Shown here: piece after piece, positions 41,791-53,738 of the stretch
How the letters are laid out: each line of letters opens with the position of its first letter
Position numbering within the stretch: the first letter of the stretch is position 1
Assembly: GCA_951406725.2 (NCBI GenBank)
Contig: OX597821.1
Location: 6,634,001 to 6,698,000 of the forward strand
Direction: 5' to 3'
Source: Octopus vulgaris
Taxonomy: Eukaryota
Length of the DNA: 64,000 nucleotides
Position numbers and translations under genes: made by a program
Notes under the pieces: generated by a model
The model's input: only the letters and a program-made list of their open reading frames with translations
What the model was told of the DNA's origin: nothing
Database searches by the model: none

Positions 41791-42547
41791 ATAATCCTTT
41801 CTGTTATAGGCAGAAGGCCCGAAATTTTGTGGGAGGCGGGGGTTAGTCGATTACATTGACCCCCAGTACTTGGCCAGTTCTTATTTCATCAACCCTGAAA
41901 GGATGAAAGGCAAAGTTGACCTCGGCAGCATTTGAACTCAGAATGTAAAATCAGACAAAATGCAGCTAAGCATTTTGTCCTGCATGCTGATTCTACTAGC
42001 TGGCCACTTTGGGTGGATTTAGCGATAATCCTGTCTCATGATAAGGTATTATTTTTATCGTACATTTCTGGACAGCTGTTGATGATATGTATGATATCTT
42101 GCACACTGTTATGGCAGTGGAGGTCTTATGGCAGTGGAGGTCCTTATCTCTTTTGATGATCAGGTATTTAGTAGCTATCTCTTATTCTTCGATACAAAAT
42201 GCATAGTGTTCTAGGTTAGGTGTAAAGTATTTATCCAGGGCTGATAAATATTAATGAAGACTTCTCTATATGTATGGGTGTATATATCTATATATGTATA
42301 TACAACCTTAGTTTTTGTCCCACACAGATAATATTTACCACAGCTCAGCAGTTTGATGTGCAAGGATCAGTGAGATAAAATACCTTACTTGTAAAAGAAG
42401 TAATGATTGGCATTAAAAAGGCTGTCCAGCCATAGAATACTGTTTCATAAAGTCTTCTCCAACTCGTGCATACATGAAAAAAAGTAGGCATAATAATGAC
42501 TATGATGATGATGATGACAGCTGCTGTTAAGCTCTTTCTCACAAGAA

Positions 42548-42914
42548 TTATTACCTCTGCCTTAGTAAAGGCGGAGGTATTGCTTTCAGTTGTGTATGTT
42601 TGTTTGTTTGCCCATGGACAAGATATCTCAAGAACTGCTGGATGGATTTGGATGAAACTTTCAGAGATGTTTGGTCTCTTGACCAGCACAAACAGATTAG
42701 ACTTTGGGACCGATCTGGTACTGGACAAGGATTCTGGATTATTTTTCCTGTTTTTTTTTTTTACTTAATTTTTGAGAGCAGTCAATTTCATTTTTAGTAT
42801 TCTCGTTTGTGAGAGCAGTCTAGTTTATTTCAGATATTCTCATTTAAAAAACCATCTCTGGCTAATCGTTGGTGTTGCCTTGGCAGAGGTTTGCACTCTC
42901 TGAGTGCTCTTGTT
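42548..42914 (+). mobile_element. Helentron/DINE-1-like (HINE) non-autonomous element
   Basis: 5' ttattacctctgcc...ggcggagg short inverted repeat, (GTTT)n tract, ggatttggatgaaactt core, 3' subterminal ggcagagg followed by hairpin gcactc-tct-gagtgc. Confidence 0.7.
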
Positions 42915-43587
42915 AGGCTTTCTTGAAAAAATCTCTTTCAACATTACCAACTTCCTGCAGTTGTCCTGGTCTGATCCAAGCACAGTTTGGAGTAGGATGA
43001 TTGAGTGTACACTCAGCAATTTGGAAATGAGTATGTTTGACCATGCATGCATATCTATGTGCCTTCCTTCATTCTTGGGTTGTGATTCTTCTTCAGCCTG
43101 CAGGCCAGACCTAACTTGTTAAAGTAAACCTTTGATCAAAGACCTTCCAACCATGACCAGCTTGTCTTTGCATATATTCTAATCTATATTATCTTTTTTG
43201 TCTTTTTATTTCCACTCTCTTTTCTCCCATTTCAGCCATTGGACTACAGCCATGCTGTATCAAAGCCCTAAAAGGGATAGTCAAATAAGTGTGTCCCCAG
43301 TACTTAATTTTTAAGTCTGGCCTTTATTCTATAAGTCTCTTTTGTTGAACAGCTAAGTTACAGGGATATAAACAAACTAACAACAGTTAAGTGGTGTGAG
43401 GGGATACAAACAAAGAGACACACTAATATATGTGACAGGCTTCTATACAGTTTCCACCATCATATGTACTCCCATGGTATTGGTTGGCCTGAGGATATAG
43501 CAGAACACACTTCTCCAACATGCCATGCAGAAGGACTACACTCAAAACCATATGGGTGCAAAGCAGGCTTTTTAACCACACACCCAT

Positions 43588-43978
43588 GCATCATCATCAT
43601 CATCATCATCATCGCCGTCATCGTTTTCCATGCTAGAATGTGTTGGATGGTTCGACTGGGGTCTGGGAAGCCAGGAGGCTGCACCAGGCACCAGTCTGAT
43701 CTGGCAGAGTTTCTACAGCTGGATGCCCTTCCTAATGCCAACCACTCCATGAGTGTAGTGGATGCTTTTTATGTGCCACCGACATAGGGGCCAGAGAAGG
43801 CTGGCAACATCCAAATTGGTTGGTGCTTTTTATGTGCCACTGGCATAGATGCCAGTTGAGGCAGTGCTGGTATCGGCCACGTTTGGATGGTGTTTTTTAC
43901 GTGCCACCGGCACAGGGATCACAACTACAATTTCCATTTGATTTTTATTTTGATGTTGATGTACTTGACTCAATAGGC
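43588..43978 (-). mobile_element. RTE 3'-end fragment; further short copies at ~2270-2345(-), 21245-21412(+), 30765-30955(+), 47390-47548(+), 55476-55600(+)
   Basis: Same 3' UTR core and (GAT)n tail as the 32752-36202 element. Confidence 0.8.
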
Positions 43979-44329
43979 ATGTTTCAATATATTTATTTTT
44001 AAAGATGGTAGAGTGTGATTTGAGGGTGATTTGATTGATATTTCTAGCAAGTTGAGTAACTATATGAAGGCACTTGTCCCTTGAGTGTGTGTATGTGAGA
44101 GGAACTTCTGTGGTTTGATCATCTTGTTCTGCCGACATCAACACATCCACACCCAGATTTGTTAGATGTCTAATTGTTTTGGTCATAGGAAGCTGTCAAT
44201 TGTATTCTTCTCGCACTTAGTATCAGATGTCATTCATTAGTAACTATGTTGATAACCTCTTTTTGGAGTCATTTAATGAAACTACGACAATGACAATCTC
44301 AAAGGAAGTAACTGCTAATTTGCAACCTA

Positions 44330-44820
44330 AGAAATAATGGAATGACCTTGAAGCAAACTGATAGATTTAAATATTTGGACACCATTATTGCATCAGATGG
44401 GAAAAACATCAAGTAATAGCTAGTCCCATGCTGCTTTTGGTAATATCAAATATACTTTGTCAAATAAACTACTATCAATATGAGGGAGTTAAAGAGTCCT
44501 AGGGGTGCAAATAGAACCCGTTCTTACATATGGCTGTGTTGTTGAAACGTTAACAAACAAGTGCAAAAATGTGCCAATGCTGCAGAGATGTGGTTCTCAG
44601 GCAAATGCTGCAGATATCATTATAAAGACAGATGAACAGATTTTTAAGTATTGCAACATGCCAAAGCTATCAGAAAGCTTCTTATCAACATAAGACGGCA
44701 ATAGACTAAGTTTATTGGATATAATGTGAAAAGACAAAGCCTTTGACAAGTGACAAGGGGAAAATTAAAATGAAAAAGAAGCTAGGAAAGACAGACAGAA
44801 AAGATATTGAATAGCTGACT
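44330..44820 (+). mobile_element. Old RTE-like LINE 3' ORF fragment
   Basis: Degenerate FKYL.., IEPVLTYGC.ET, RQ..FIG, RK.GR.R motifs. Confidence 0.5.
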
Positions 44821-47800
44821 TTCTTGAGCAAGACACTTTACTTCACCACTACCACCCACATCACTACCTCTTTTATCAGCATCTATTAAGAAGTCCACTT
44901 TGGATGTACCAGGTTTCATATTCAGACCTGATGCAGGATGCTATGGGCAAGTGTCTTCTAATTTAGATCTAGGCTGTCTAATGCCTTGTGAGTGAATTTG
45001 GTACATGAACACTGTGTGGAAGTGCATCATACAAGTGTGTGTGTGTGTGTGTCTCGCACTGCTTGACAACTGGTGTAGGTTTGTTTACATCCCTGTAACT
45101 TAGCGGCTCAGCAAAAAAAGAGACTGCAAAAATAAGCACCAAACTTAAGAATTATAGATAAGTCCAGGGGTCAATTTGATAACTAAAACCTCTCAAGATG
45201 GATATGCTACAGCATAACCACAGTCAAATTACTAAAACAAAAGGAAAGAAAGAAAGAAGAAAAGATAGAAAAAAATCTTTAGAATTATCAATGCTTTCTG
45301 ACACTCAAAACCATTTATTTGCATACTACAGTGCTCCAGATTTCTTTCGCTCCTAACATATTCAGCTGATACAGAAGCCAAATTTTATTTTATTCATTTA
45401 TATATTTATTTTTTGATGAGATAGAGCTGCTTAGCAGTGCTTGTTTCACTATCTTCCTTCTTTTCAATATCTCCCTTCATTACACATCTGACATCCATCG
45501 TTAGCAACTACACAACACCTGGTTTAACGCCACCTCCACCACCACCACCAACACCACCATCATCACCGTCACCACCAACCTCTGGTCTGTCTGTGCTTTT
45601 CGCAGAGTTCACTTAGTTATAAGCATCCAGGACCAGACATCCTGTTAATCTCTCCACCCACACTGACCTGCCTCTAGATAGATGTTCAGCCTTCAAGAAC
45701 ATGTTAAGGTTGTAAGAACTATATCCCATCTACCCACCCACCCTACTCCTGACTAAATTATTAAAGGAACAAACCGCCATCTTTTTTGTTTCCCCATCTG
45801 CACCTTCTCTCAACAGCATTGATGACTAATGCTTCATTACTCTCACTCAGCTTCTTCACATCAATCTCTTGCTTCATTCAGAACTTCCAATTAATCAAAA
45901 CCAATCATTTTATAATGTCCATCATTGTGCTTAGAATGTACCACGCTTTCTTTTCAACTCAACAAGGGACTCTCTATTACATTTGTACAGCATGCTAGAA
46001 ATAGCAGCCAAATTTCACTCAAAGGAAAGCCCTATTATCTTAAAAATAGAATAATAACACAAAAGATAAGATAATCCTATGGATGAATAAAATTTGGGTT
46101 GGTCACTTTGGAACAAATTTGGTCGTTTCATGAAGTCTGATCTCAGGCAAAACTACAACAATAACAACAACTTTGATGGACATTGACGTAAATATTCTCT
46201 TCTTTTTCATCAGATCAATGTGTCCTTCCTTTTTTGAGATGACAAGGTATGATTTGAAGGAAATTTGGTTGTTATTTCTAGAAGGTTGTATGACCATATA
46301 GGGTTCTTTATTCCAGCTGTTTGTATTCTTGATTCAAATCCTGGCAAGCTAAATTTTGCCCATCATACTTCTGGGGTTTATCAAATACAGTATGGGATGC
46401 AGTGTGAGGGTGTGAGAATAAAATTGTCCAGGGCAGGATATTGCCAAAATTTGATGAACAACTTTGTGGTTTTAGTTCTGGGTCTTTGTGTTCTTTGTGT
46501 CCTGTCAGGTGTAGCTAACACCTTGTGAAAAATAGCCAAAGGAAGGCAAGAAGCAATCCATCTTTGTATGCTCTGATGAAAATACCATGACAAGCACATA
46601 ACACTTGCCACGGAAATCATTGAAGTTCATTTGTTGACCTAATGGCATGCAGAAAAAAGTATTGTGGAATTTACTTGAATGTGTACCATATAAAAGGGGT
46701 AAAGATCCCCTTCGGTCATGAATGACCATGGGATTGCCTCTAGAAAGTTCCCCTGCTAGACACTAGTCCAAGCAAGGTTGTTTATGGAAGACAAGCAGTC
46801 ACCCAGCCTCCTCTCTTCATGCCACCGATGTTATCCAAGGGAAAGGCAAAGGCTTGGCACCAGTGATGTCACAACTCATTTCTACAGCTGAGTGAACTGG
46901 AGCAACATGAAATAAAGTGTCTTGTGCAAGAACACAACACACAGCCTGGTCCTGGAATCAAACTCACTACCTCTTGATTGTGAGTTCTAACCACTTAGCC
47001 ATACCATATGTATTTGTGATATTGCTCACATGATCAAAAATCTGTTGGGCAGGCCCAGTTGATTAATCTTTCCCTAATATTTAACTGGTATTTATTTTAT
47101 CCATCTTGGAATATTTGAAAGACAAATTCTGTCTCAAAAAGATTTGAACTCAGAATGTAAGAAACTGTCATTGAGTACTGCAAATTGTTTAAACCAACAC
47201 TCTATTGTTTCATCCAATAAATTCAATGTATTTGGGCCTTGAATGTATAGCATATATCATGCATGGACTAGACTGATGAGGTGGTACTTTGGACTACACC
47301 AGAGGGAGAGCAAATTGTGAATACTGAAAATGTGTACAGTCCTCATCACAGTTTAGAACATCATTAATTTTTCTTTGTAATCATCATTATAAGGTGCTGG
47401 TGCTACATGAAAAGCACACTCTGTAAAGTGGTTGGCATTAAGAAGAGCACCTAACATAGAAATTAAACCAAAACAGACAATGGAACCTGGCCTTGCCAGT
47501 TCCTCTCAAGCCATCTAACCCAAGTCAGCATGGAAAACAGACGTTAAATTAAATCCTTAAATCCTTAAAAATGTTTTAGCCCGAAGGCCGCAGCCATGCT
47601 GGGGCACCACCGCTGAAATGATGATGATTTGACATTATATTTTGCAATTAATACACATTAATTACACATTTACTGAAATTAGCTGAACCACTGTTTTTTG
47701 GATTATTCTGCAGAGGAAGTATGTATATAGCCCTTGTGATTTATCCTCAGGGCTATATACAGTGTTTATATATGTTTATATATATTTATGTACAGTGACA

Positions 47801-47939
47801 CTAAATATGTGTTTATTAAGTATATGTATGTAAACTTTAAAACTTGTTTAAAATATAACCATACACATGATGCCTTGGTTCCTTACATATACATATATAT
47901 ATTTCTTTGAACGTGTATACATGTGTGTGTGTGTGTTTG

Positions 47940-48030
<91 letters not shown>

Positions 48031-48382
48031 CACACACATTTAATATTTTGGACTAATGGGTATATGTCGATTAATGTGTTGAAGTGTTTAGTAGAGCACT
48101 GGCACAGTTTGGGTTACCTGGTATCATCCACAGTTGGGGTATATTACCATTGGATCTATTTCAGGAACTGTGTAGTATTAGTCGAGATAATGATAATGAT
48201 AATTTCTTAAGTAAAGAGAAGATGGATTTAGTCTTAATCTTTATTTTGTACAATGGTTGTTTTGACCCACCCTGCTACTGTCCTTCATGGGTGGGACTCT
48301 GTTCAACCCATCTGGTTAGGGCATATAACAACATGACAGCCAAAACTCAGGATCTTTAGTGAGACACGACTTTATGTATGGA

Positions 48383-48485
48383 TGTACCTGATGAGACCCA
48401 GACTGCAAAACGGATGCAACACACAACGAACAGAGTCCCACCCATAAGGGACAGTAGCAGGGTGGGTCAAAACAAATGTTGTACA
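48383..48485 (+). ncRNA. Hammerhead motif with extended stem II; GAAA mutated to AAAA
   Basis: tgtac-CTGATGA-gaccca-(62 nt)-tgggtc-AAAA-caaatg-TT-gtaca; stems I and II perfectly paired. Confidence 0.65.
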
Positions 48486-48554
48486 AAATAATGATTAATA
48501 ACAAACCCATTTTCTGGTTACTTAAGAAATTATTATTATTATTATTATTATCTT

Positions 48555-48597
<43 letters not shown>

Positions 48598-48729
48598 TGC
48601 ACATGCGTGCATACATGCACAAAAACTTAACAGAGCAGCATTATTGCAAGTGTCTTGCAAATCGTTAAACTTGTAGCTGTCAGATGCAGCTGTTTGGCTT
48701 TGACAGATCTGAATGAATACAAAACAATC

Positions 48730-48774
48730 TCTGTGTTTCGCGATTTCTGAATTATTTCCCTTCATCAGCACAGA
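48730..48774 (-). ncRNA. Hammerhead remnant lacking stem III and the cleavage triplet
   Basis: Minus strand tctgtg-CTGATGA-aggga...tcgc-GAAA-cacaga; 6-bp stem I abuts GAAA directly. Confidence 0.5.
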
Positions 48775-49223
48775 ATAATTGTTTGGTTACAGGTGGCGCT
48801 GCCAAATTCCCATTCAAAATATATAGTTTTCAAAGTGACAACTAGTTACTGATTTATAAATTAGAAAATTACTTTATTTAAATCTGAGTGGGGGTGCTAG
48901 ATTCCTTGTTTGAAAATATAAGAACACAGATTGTGTCGTATAGCCAGCTGGAGATGATGTCTCCTGGGGCTAAATTACAGCAACATTCATCCTAAACCAG
49001 GACTGCCATGTTATGTTGGCAAACAGTCTTTACTACAAAGTACTGTTGCCGAATATCTCACGTTGTGAGATTTAAAAATAGTAATTTTCTAATACTTCTT
49101 ACTTGCTTAAAATTAAGTATATTTTCTCTCTCACAGAGCTTTATTCTTCTTCAGTAACCTTACTCACATACCTTCTCTTTTTTCTCTCTCTTTTTCTCTC
49201 ACTACAGCTCATGATGCAACAGG

Positions 49224-51950
49224 ATGTCAGAAGTGTGTGCAGAGTTCTCACAAAATGCCTGGCGTAAAGATCTGTGTGCAAACTGCTTACGTCCCCGGTC
49301 TGAGCACATCAAACCCCCCTGTAACCATCTCAAACCCCGAAGGAATTCTGCTGGCAGAGGTTCCCCACCTGTTCCTGCAAAACGGAACTCATCCCTAATA
49401 AAAAGCAATTTATCAGTTGGACCGAGAGTTTCATCGATTGTTGATAAAAATGCTAACGACCAACAGAATCTTAATGAAAACATTAAGCTGCTTAGTATCA
49501 AACCTTTAGTAGTTGATGATAATGTTTCTAAAAGAATTGCAACCCATTCTTCAGATGAAAACCCACTGAGTTGTGAGCAGTCGGGAAGCAAAGATAATTC
49601 TATCAATACCAAAGCTGACCTGACAAAGTCAGAGATTCCATTGAAAGGAGCTTTAAAGTTAACTCGAAATAAAGATGAAAATAGGGCTTTTAGAGTTATA
49701 TTTTCTGAATCAGAACCTGAAATTATTGGCCACGACGGTGGTTCCGATTATTTATACCCAGATGATGATGATGATGTACCCGAAGAGGCGGAGATTACAC
49801 CACCTGGGAGTATTCAACTGACTGAGGAAGAAAAGCAGTTTGCTCTCTTGGCTTTAGAAAATACTCTGTGGAATTCAGATACTCATAATTTGAGAGTTGA
49901 GACTCCCCTGGAGGGTCGTCTGAAGAGAGTTCCAAGTAAAGAATTTGAAGACGTTGAATTAGAATTCCTATGGAAAGCTGATCGTTTTCAGGGTCTAAGA
50001 GATTGTGACCTGCTACCAAAGAAGTTTGGAACTTTCCCTAGACGAAACAAGTCTCCTAAAGCTCAACTGTCTTCCCGACCCTCTTTAGAATTTAGTCACG
50101 GAATTAAAACCTCACCTTTAAAATCATCAAAGAATTTTGACAATGAAACTATTCAAGATGCTGACGAAGATTTGACATTTCGTCTAAGATCTGCTTCTGA
50201 GAATTCAACATTGTATCAAAGTAGGAATATGCAAAATAATGCTTCAAAAAATATCATGGATCAAAAAACAAGTAAAGATACTGATAATATTGAACAGGTG
50301 AGTTCTTCCCCTTATCGGGTTGTTGAGTCGCTTCCTAAACCTGCTCCCAAACCGGCATCTCTGAAGAAAGGTGTTAGCGATCCTGTAGAGAAACCAATTC
50401 CCAGTGCTCGACACAAAGATGACAGACAGTCAAACCAGTCTGTAATGTCTATGATGTCTCGCTCTGTAGAAGGGAGATTAGAGGATTGCTTTGAGAAAAC
50501 CGACATTGGAGATTCTGACACTTTGAGACGACATGGTTTGAAGCCGCCGGCTCCAGTTAAGCGGCAGCACCTTACCAAAGAAGGGACTATTGGTAGACGA
50601 GATGAAATGTCCTCAAGTTTTGCTGGGACCACGTTTGACAGAAAATATGACAGGGATGATTTCACAATGCTGAGAGTAGAAGGAGATGCTTATGAAGCGA
50701 GATATTCTAAGGCAAAATCGGTTGATTTTGAAGCTAAAATGGCTTCTGTTGCTGCCACTTTGGATTTTACAAAAACTAAAGGGAAGCGCCAGGCACCCCA
50801 ACCACCTGTATCACCAGTGGCTGGTGTTTCTGCTTCTCCCTCTAAATCAAGTACTAAATCTTCTGATGGAAGTTGCAAGAAAGGGCCAAGCTTAGATCAA
50901 TGTCGAAGATCTGCTGTTGGAGAAGATGTTGAATCTATGGAAAGTATGGATGGCTATAAAGGAAAAAAGAATGAAAATAGCATGAAGAAAGGGTTTGCCA
51001 GTATGTTTCGAAGTTTTCTTCGTCGTGGACGGGATTCTTCTTCTGAAAGTAGCACAGAACAAAGCTTTGATAATAACACAGCAGTGAAGCCAAACGACAC
51101 GAGTAAGGATCTACCTTCAATCATGTATGATAATAAATCAGAATTTCTAAGTCCTGATAATGGCAATGCAGATGAAACATCTGGGGGCCAGTTCCGAGTG
51201 CGTGTCTTCCCATCTCCAACTAAAAGTACTGTAAGTGTCTCTTCAACTACGAGCAGTACTAGCAACGAAACTCTGGACAGCCGGCCTCCATCTGAAATGA
51301 TTAGCTCTTCAGATGTACGAAATGAAAGCCAGGACAGACCAAGAGAATCTACAGAGGAGATTGATGAGAGCAGCCCTTCGTCACGAAAGTCAACGTTGTC
51401 CCGAGAATCCGTACATCAATCAAATTCTATGTCAAACAGTTCAAACTTATCTGAAAATACAGAAGACATTGTTGTTGTAAAGCGAAGGGTGAAAAGCCCG
51501 AAAAAGATGCCAGCTCCAAGTGCACCAAGGTGCGCAGCTACTAGTGAGAAAAATGCATTATTTGCCAAAGAACTCGAGCTACGGCTTAGTAAAGCTGTGG
51601 ACAATAAAACTGGTACCTTGAAGAAAACCCCTGCCCCACAGCCCCCTATGCCCCCACCCCCTTTGGTCGAAGACGATGCTAACAATACTGAAGCTCCTGC
51701 TTTTGGTGCTGCTCCCTCTTCAGATAGCAATCGACAAGATGCAGTTACTGATCCGAGACCAATTGAAAAGATTGAGTTACCAAAAGCTGCTCAAAGTAGG
51801 CGAAGTTTTTTGGGGAAATTCGCTGGAAATCGACGTTCCCGTCCTCCACCGCCTCCAGTAAAGCGTGCAAAATCGATTACAGAGGCTTCATTACCTCTCC
51901 ATGACCTGCATATGAAGAAGATTGATTTATCTGACATATCTGGACCGGTG
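49224..51950 (+). CDS. First coding exon (909 codons, phase-0 end) of a probable PEAK1/PRAG1(SgK223)-like pseudokinase scaffold; the kinase-like C-terminus would lie outside the window
   Basis: 917-codon stop-free ORF in otherwise repeat-rich DNA. Polypyrimidine tract and CTACAG acceptor end at 49207; in-frame TGA at 49212 just upstream of ATG 49224; GTG|GTAAGT donor at 51951. N-terminus MSEVCAEFSQNAWRKDLCANCLRPRSEH matches the C-x2-F-x4-W-x4-C-x-NC-x5-H motif of PEAK1/PRAG1 (a related motif occurs in MPRIP). It is followed by an S/P-rich disordered region with PPPP-x-KR motifs. Family assignment rests on this short motif only. Confidence 0.85.
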
Positions 51951-52208
51951 GTAAGTGGTGTATTTACTTCATTTTAATTTGTTATCATGATGTGTGTATG
52001 ATCTGAACACTAGTTTTGTTGGTTATATAGAGGTTCCTGACCAATTGCTGGTCCACAGCTGTATATGATTATGATGGCAGAAGTGGGTGGGTGACAAGGG
52101 AGTGTCTGTGCAACATGGGTGGAACAAATGACACACCAAATATGTTTGTTCAAAAAGTACTAATTTCTGATTTTCTCACTGATGTAATTACTCAATCTCT
52201 CTTTTGCC

Positions 52209-52302
<94 letters not shown>

Positions 52303-52376
52303 TGTATATAATTAGTTTTCTGTACCATTGAGGTAGGTTCAACAAAAAATGTATTCCATCCAGTGAGAGATACATA

Positions 52377-52642
52377 TTTAATGTACACAGTATTTAAAAT
52401 TAGAGCTACTAATAGTTTTTTGCCATAGAGACATTGAAATTTGTATATAATGTACTTATGTCTCCAAGCAATCTACAGACTTATGTACCAGGGTCCTTGT
52501 TTACAAATAAGACTAACCATGTGCCCTGAGCCTACAAGATTGCTTGGAGACATAAGGCATGTTATATAAATCTGTCTGATCTCAGTGTCTTTATGGTCAG
52601 AAACTGTGAGTAGCTCTTACCTTAAATTCTGCATACATTAAA
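52377..52642. repeat. Fold-back (palindromic) MITE-like element with ~100-bp arms
   Basis: tttaatgta...agagctact...ccatagagacattga...cttatgtctccaagcaatct mirrored by agattgcttggagacataag...tcagtgtctttatgg...agtagctct...tacattaaa. Confidence 0.8.
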
Positions 52643-52649
52643 GTCTATG

Positions 52650-52692
<43 letters not shown>

Positions 52693-52802
52693 GCACACAC
52701 ACACACATATATTCATATGTATGTATGTGTGTATATATAGACATAGATATATATATATATACATATATATATATGTATATACATATATATATATATATGC
52801 AT

Positions 52803-53185
52803 GTGGAGGCACAATGGCCTAGTGGTTAGGGCAGCGGACTCGCGGTCGTAGGATCGCGGTTTCGATTCCCAGACCAGGCGTTGTGAGTGTTTATTGAGCG
52901 AAAACACCTAAAGCTCCACGAGGCTCCGGCAGGGATGGTGGTGATCCCTGCTGTACTCTTTCACCACAACTTTCTCTCACTCTTACTTCCTGTTTCTGTT
53001 GTACCTGTATTTCAAGGGGATGGCCTTGTCACTCTCTGTGTCACGCTGAATATCCCCGAGAACTATGTTAAGGGTACACGTGTCTGTGGAGTGCTCAGCC
53101 ACTTACACATTAATTTCACGAGCAGGCTGTTCCGTTGATTCGGATCAACCGGAACCCTCGTTGTCGTAACCGACGGAGTGCTTCC
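52803..53185 (+). mobile_element. SINE family D (tRNA-like head); second copy at 16181-16490
   Basis: ggaggcacaatggcctagtggttagggcagcggactcgcggtcg...gtttcgattccc; no CCA end, continues into a SINE body. Confidence 0.85.
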
Positions 53186-53190
53186 ATATA

Positions 53191-53226
<36 letters not shown>

Positions 53227-53274
53227 TATATATATATATAAAGATATATATATATGTATATATATACACATATA

Positions 53275-53322
<48 letters not shown>

Positions 53323-53683
53323 ATATATTTATATATATATATATATATATACATACACATATACAACAAACTTCTTTCGGCTTTTACTTGTTTCTGTTGT
53401 AAGACTGCGGCCATGCTGGGGTACTGACATGAAGAACTTTTACTCGAATCAGTTGACCTCAGTCATTTTTTTTTTAAAGCTGAGTACTTTTTCTATCCGT
53501 CTCTTTTACCAAACTGCTAAGTTACGGGGATATAAACATACTGGCACTGGTTGTTAAGCAGGGGTGAGAGACAAACACAGACACAGAGACATAAACACAC
53601 TTCTGTGTGTGTGTGTGTGTGAAATATAATGTGTCTTGAATGGCACAACAATGCAGAGTGGAGCAGAGTAACTTGATGAATTC

Positions 53684-53738
53684 CTAGCAATATCTGAAGA
53701 AGGAATTTTTAATATTCCGAAATTATAAGTTATTATAG
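53684..53738 (+). ncRNA. Hammerhead-like motif inside a fold-back
   Basis: CTGAAGA (53694-53700)-a-ggaat/attcc stem II-GAAA (53719-53722)-ttataa palindrome-gtt; stem I imperfect. Confidence 0.55.

Noticed and set aside
46566-46635. CTGATGA...hairpin...GAAA at 46573, and CTGATGA-ggtg/cacc at 47273
   Set aside because: Spacing to stem II is wrong or GAAA is missing, and there is no convincing stem I; could be chance or very old remnants
39-48771. Dozens of short ORFs rich in YI, HT, CV, poly-L, poly-I or poly-V, and recurrent peptides such as EDTCPRCHAVGLNPEP
   Set aside because: Translations of microsatellites and SINE copies; no splice-site or codon evidence
49202-51730. Antisense ORFs overlapping the large exon
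   Set aside because: Expected shadows of a long coding frame; no independent support
51951-51977. ORF end VSGVFTSF* as the true C-terminus
   Set aside because: A consensus GTAAGT donor at 51951 and an abrupt compositional change indicate intron read-through
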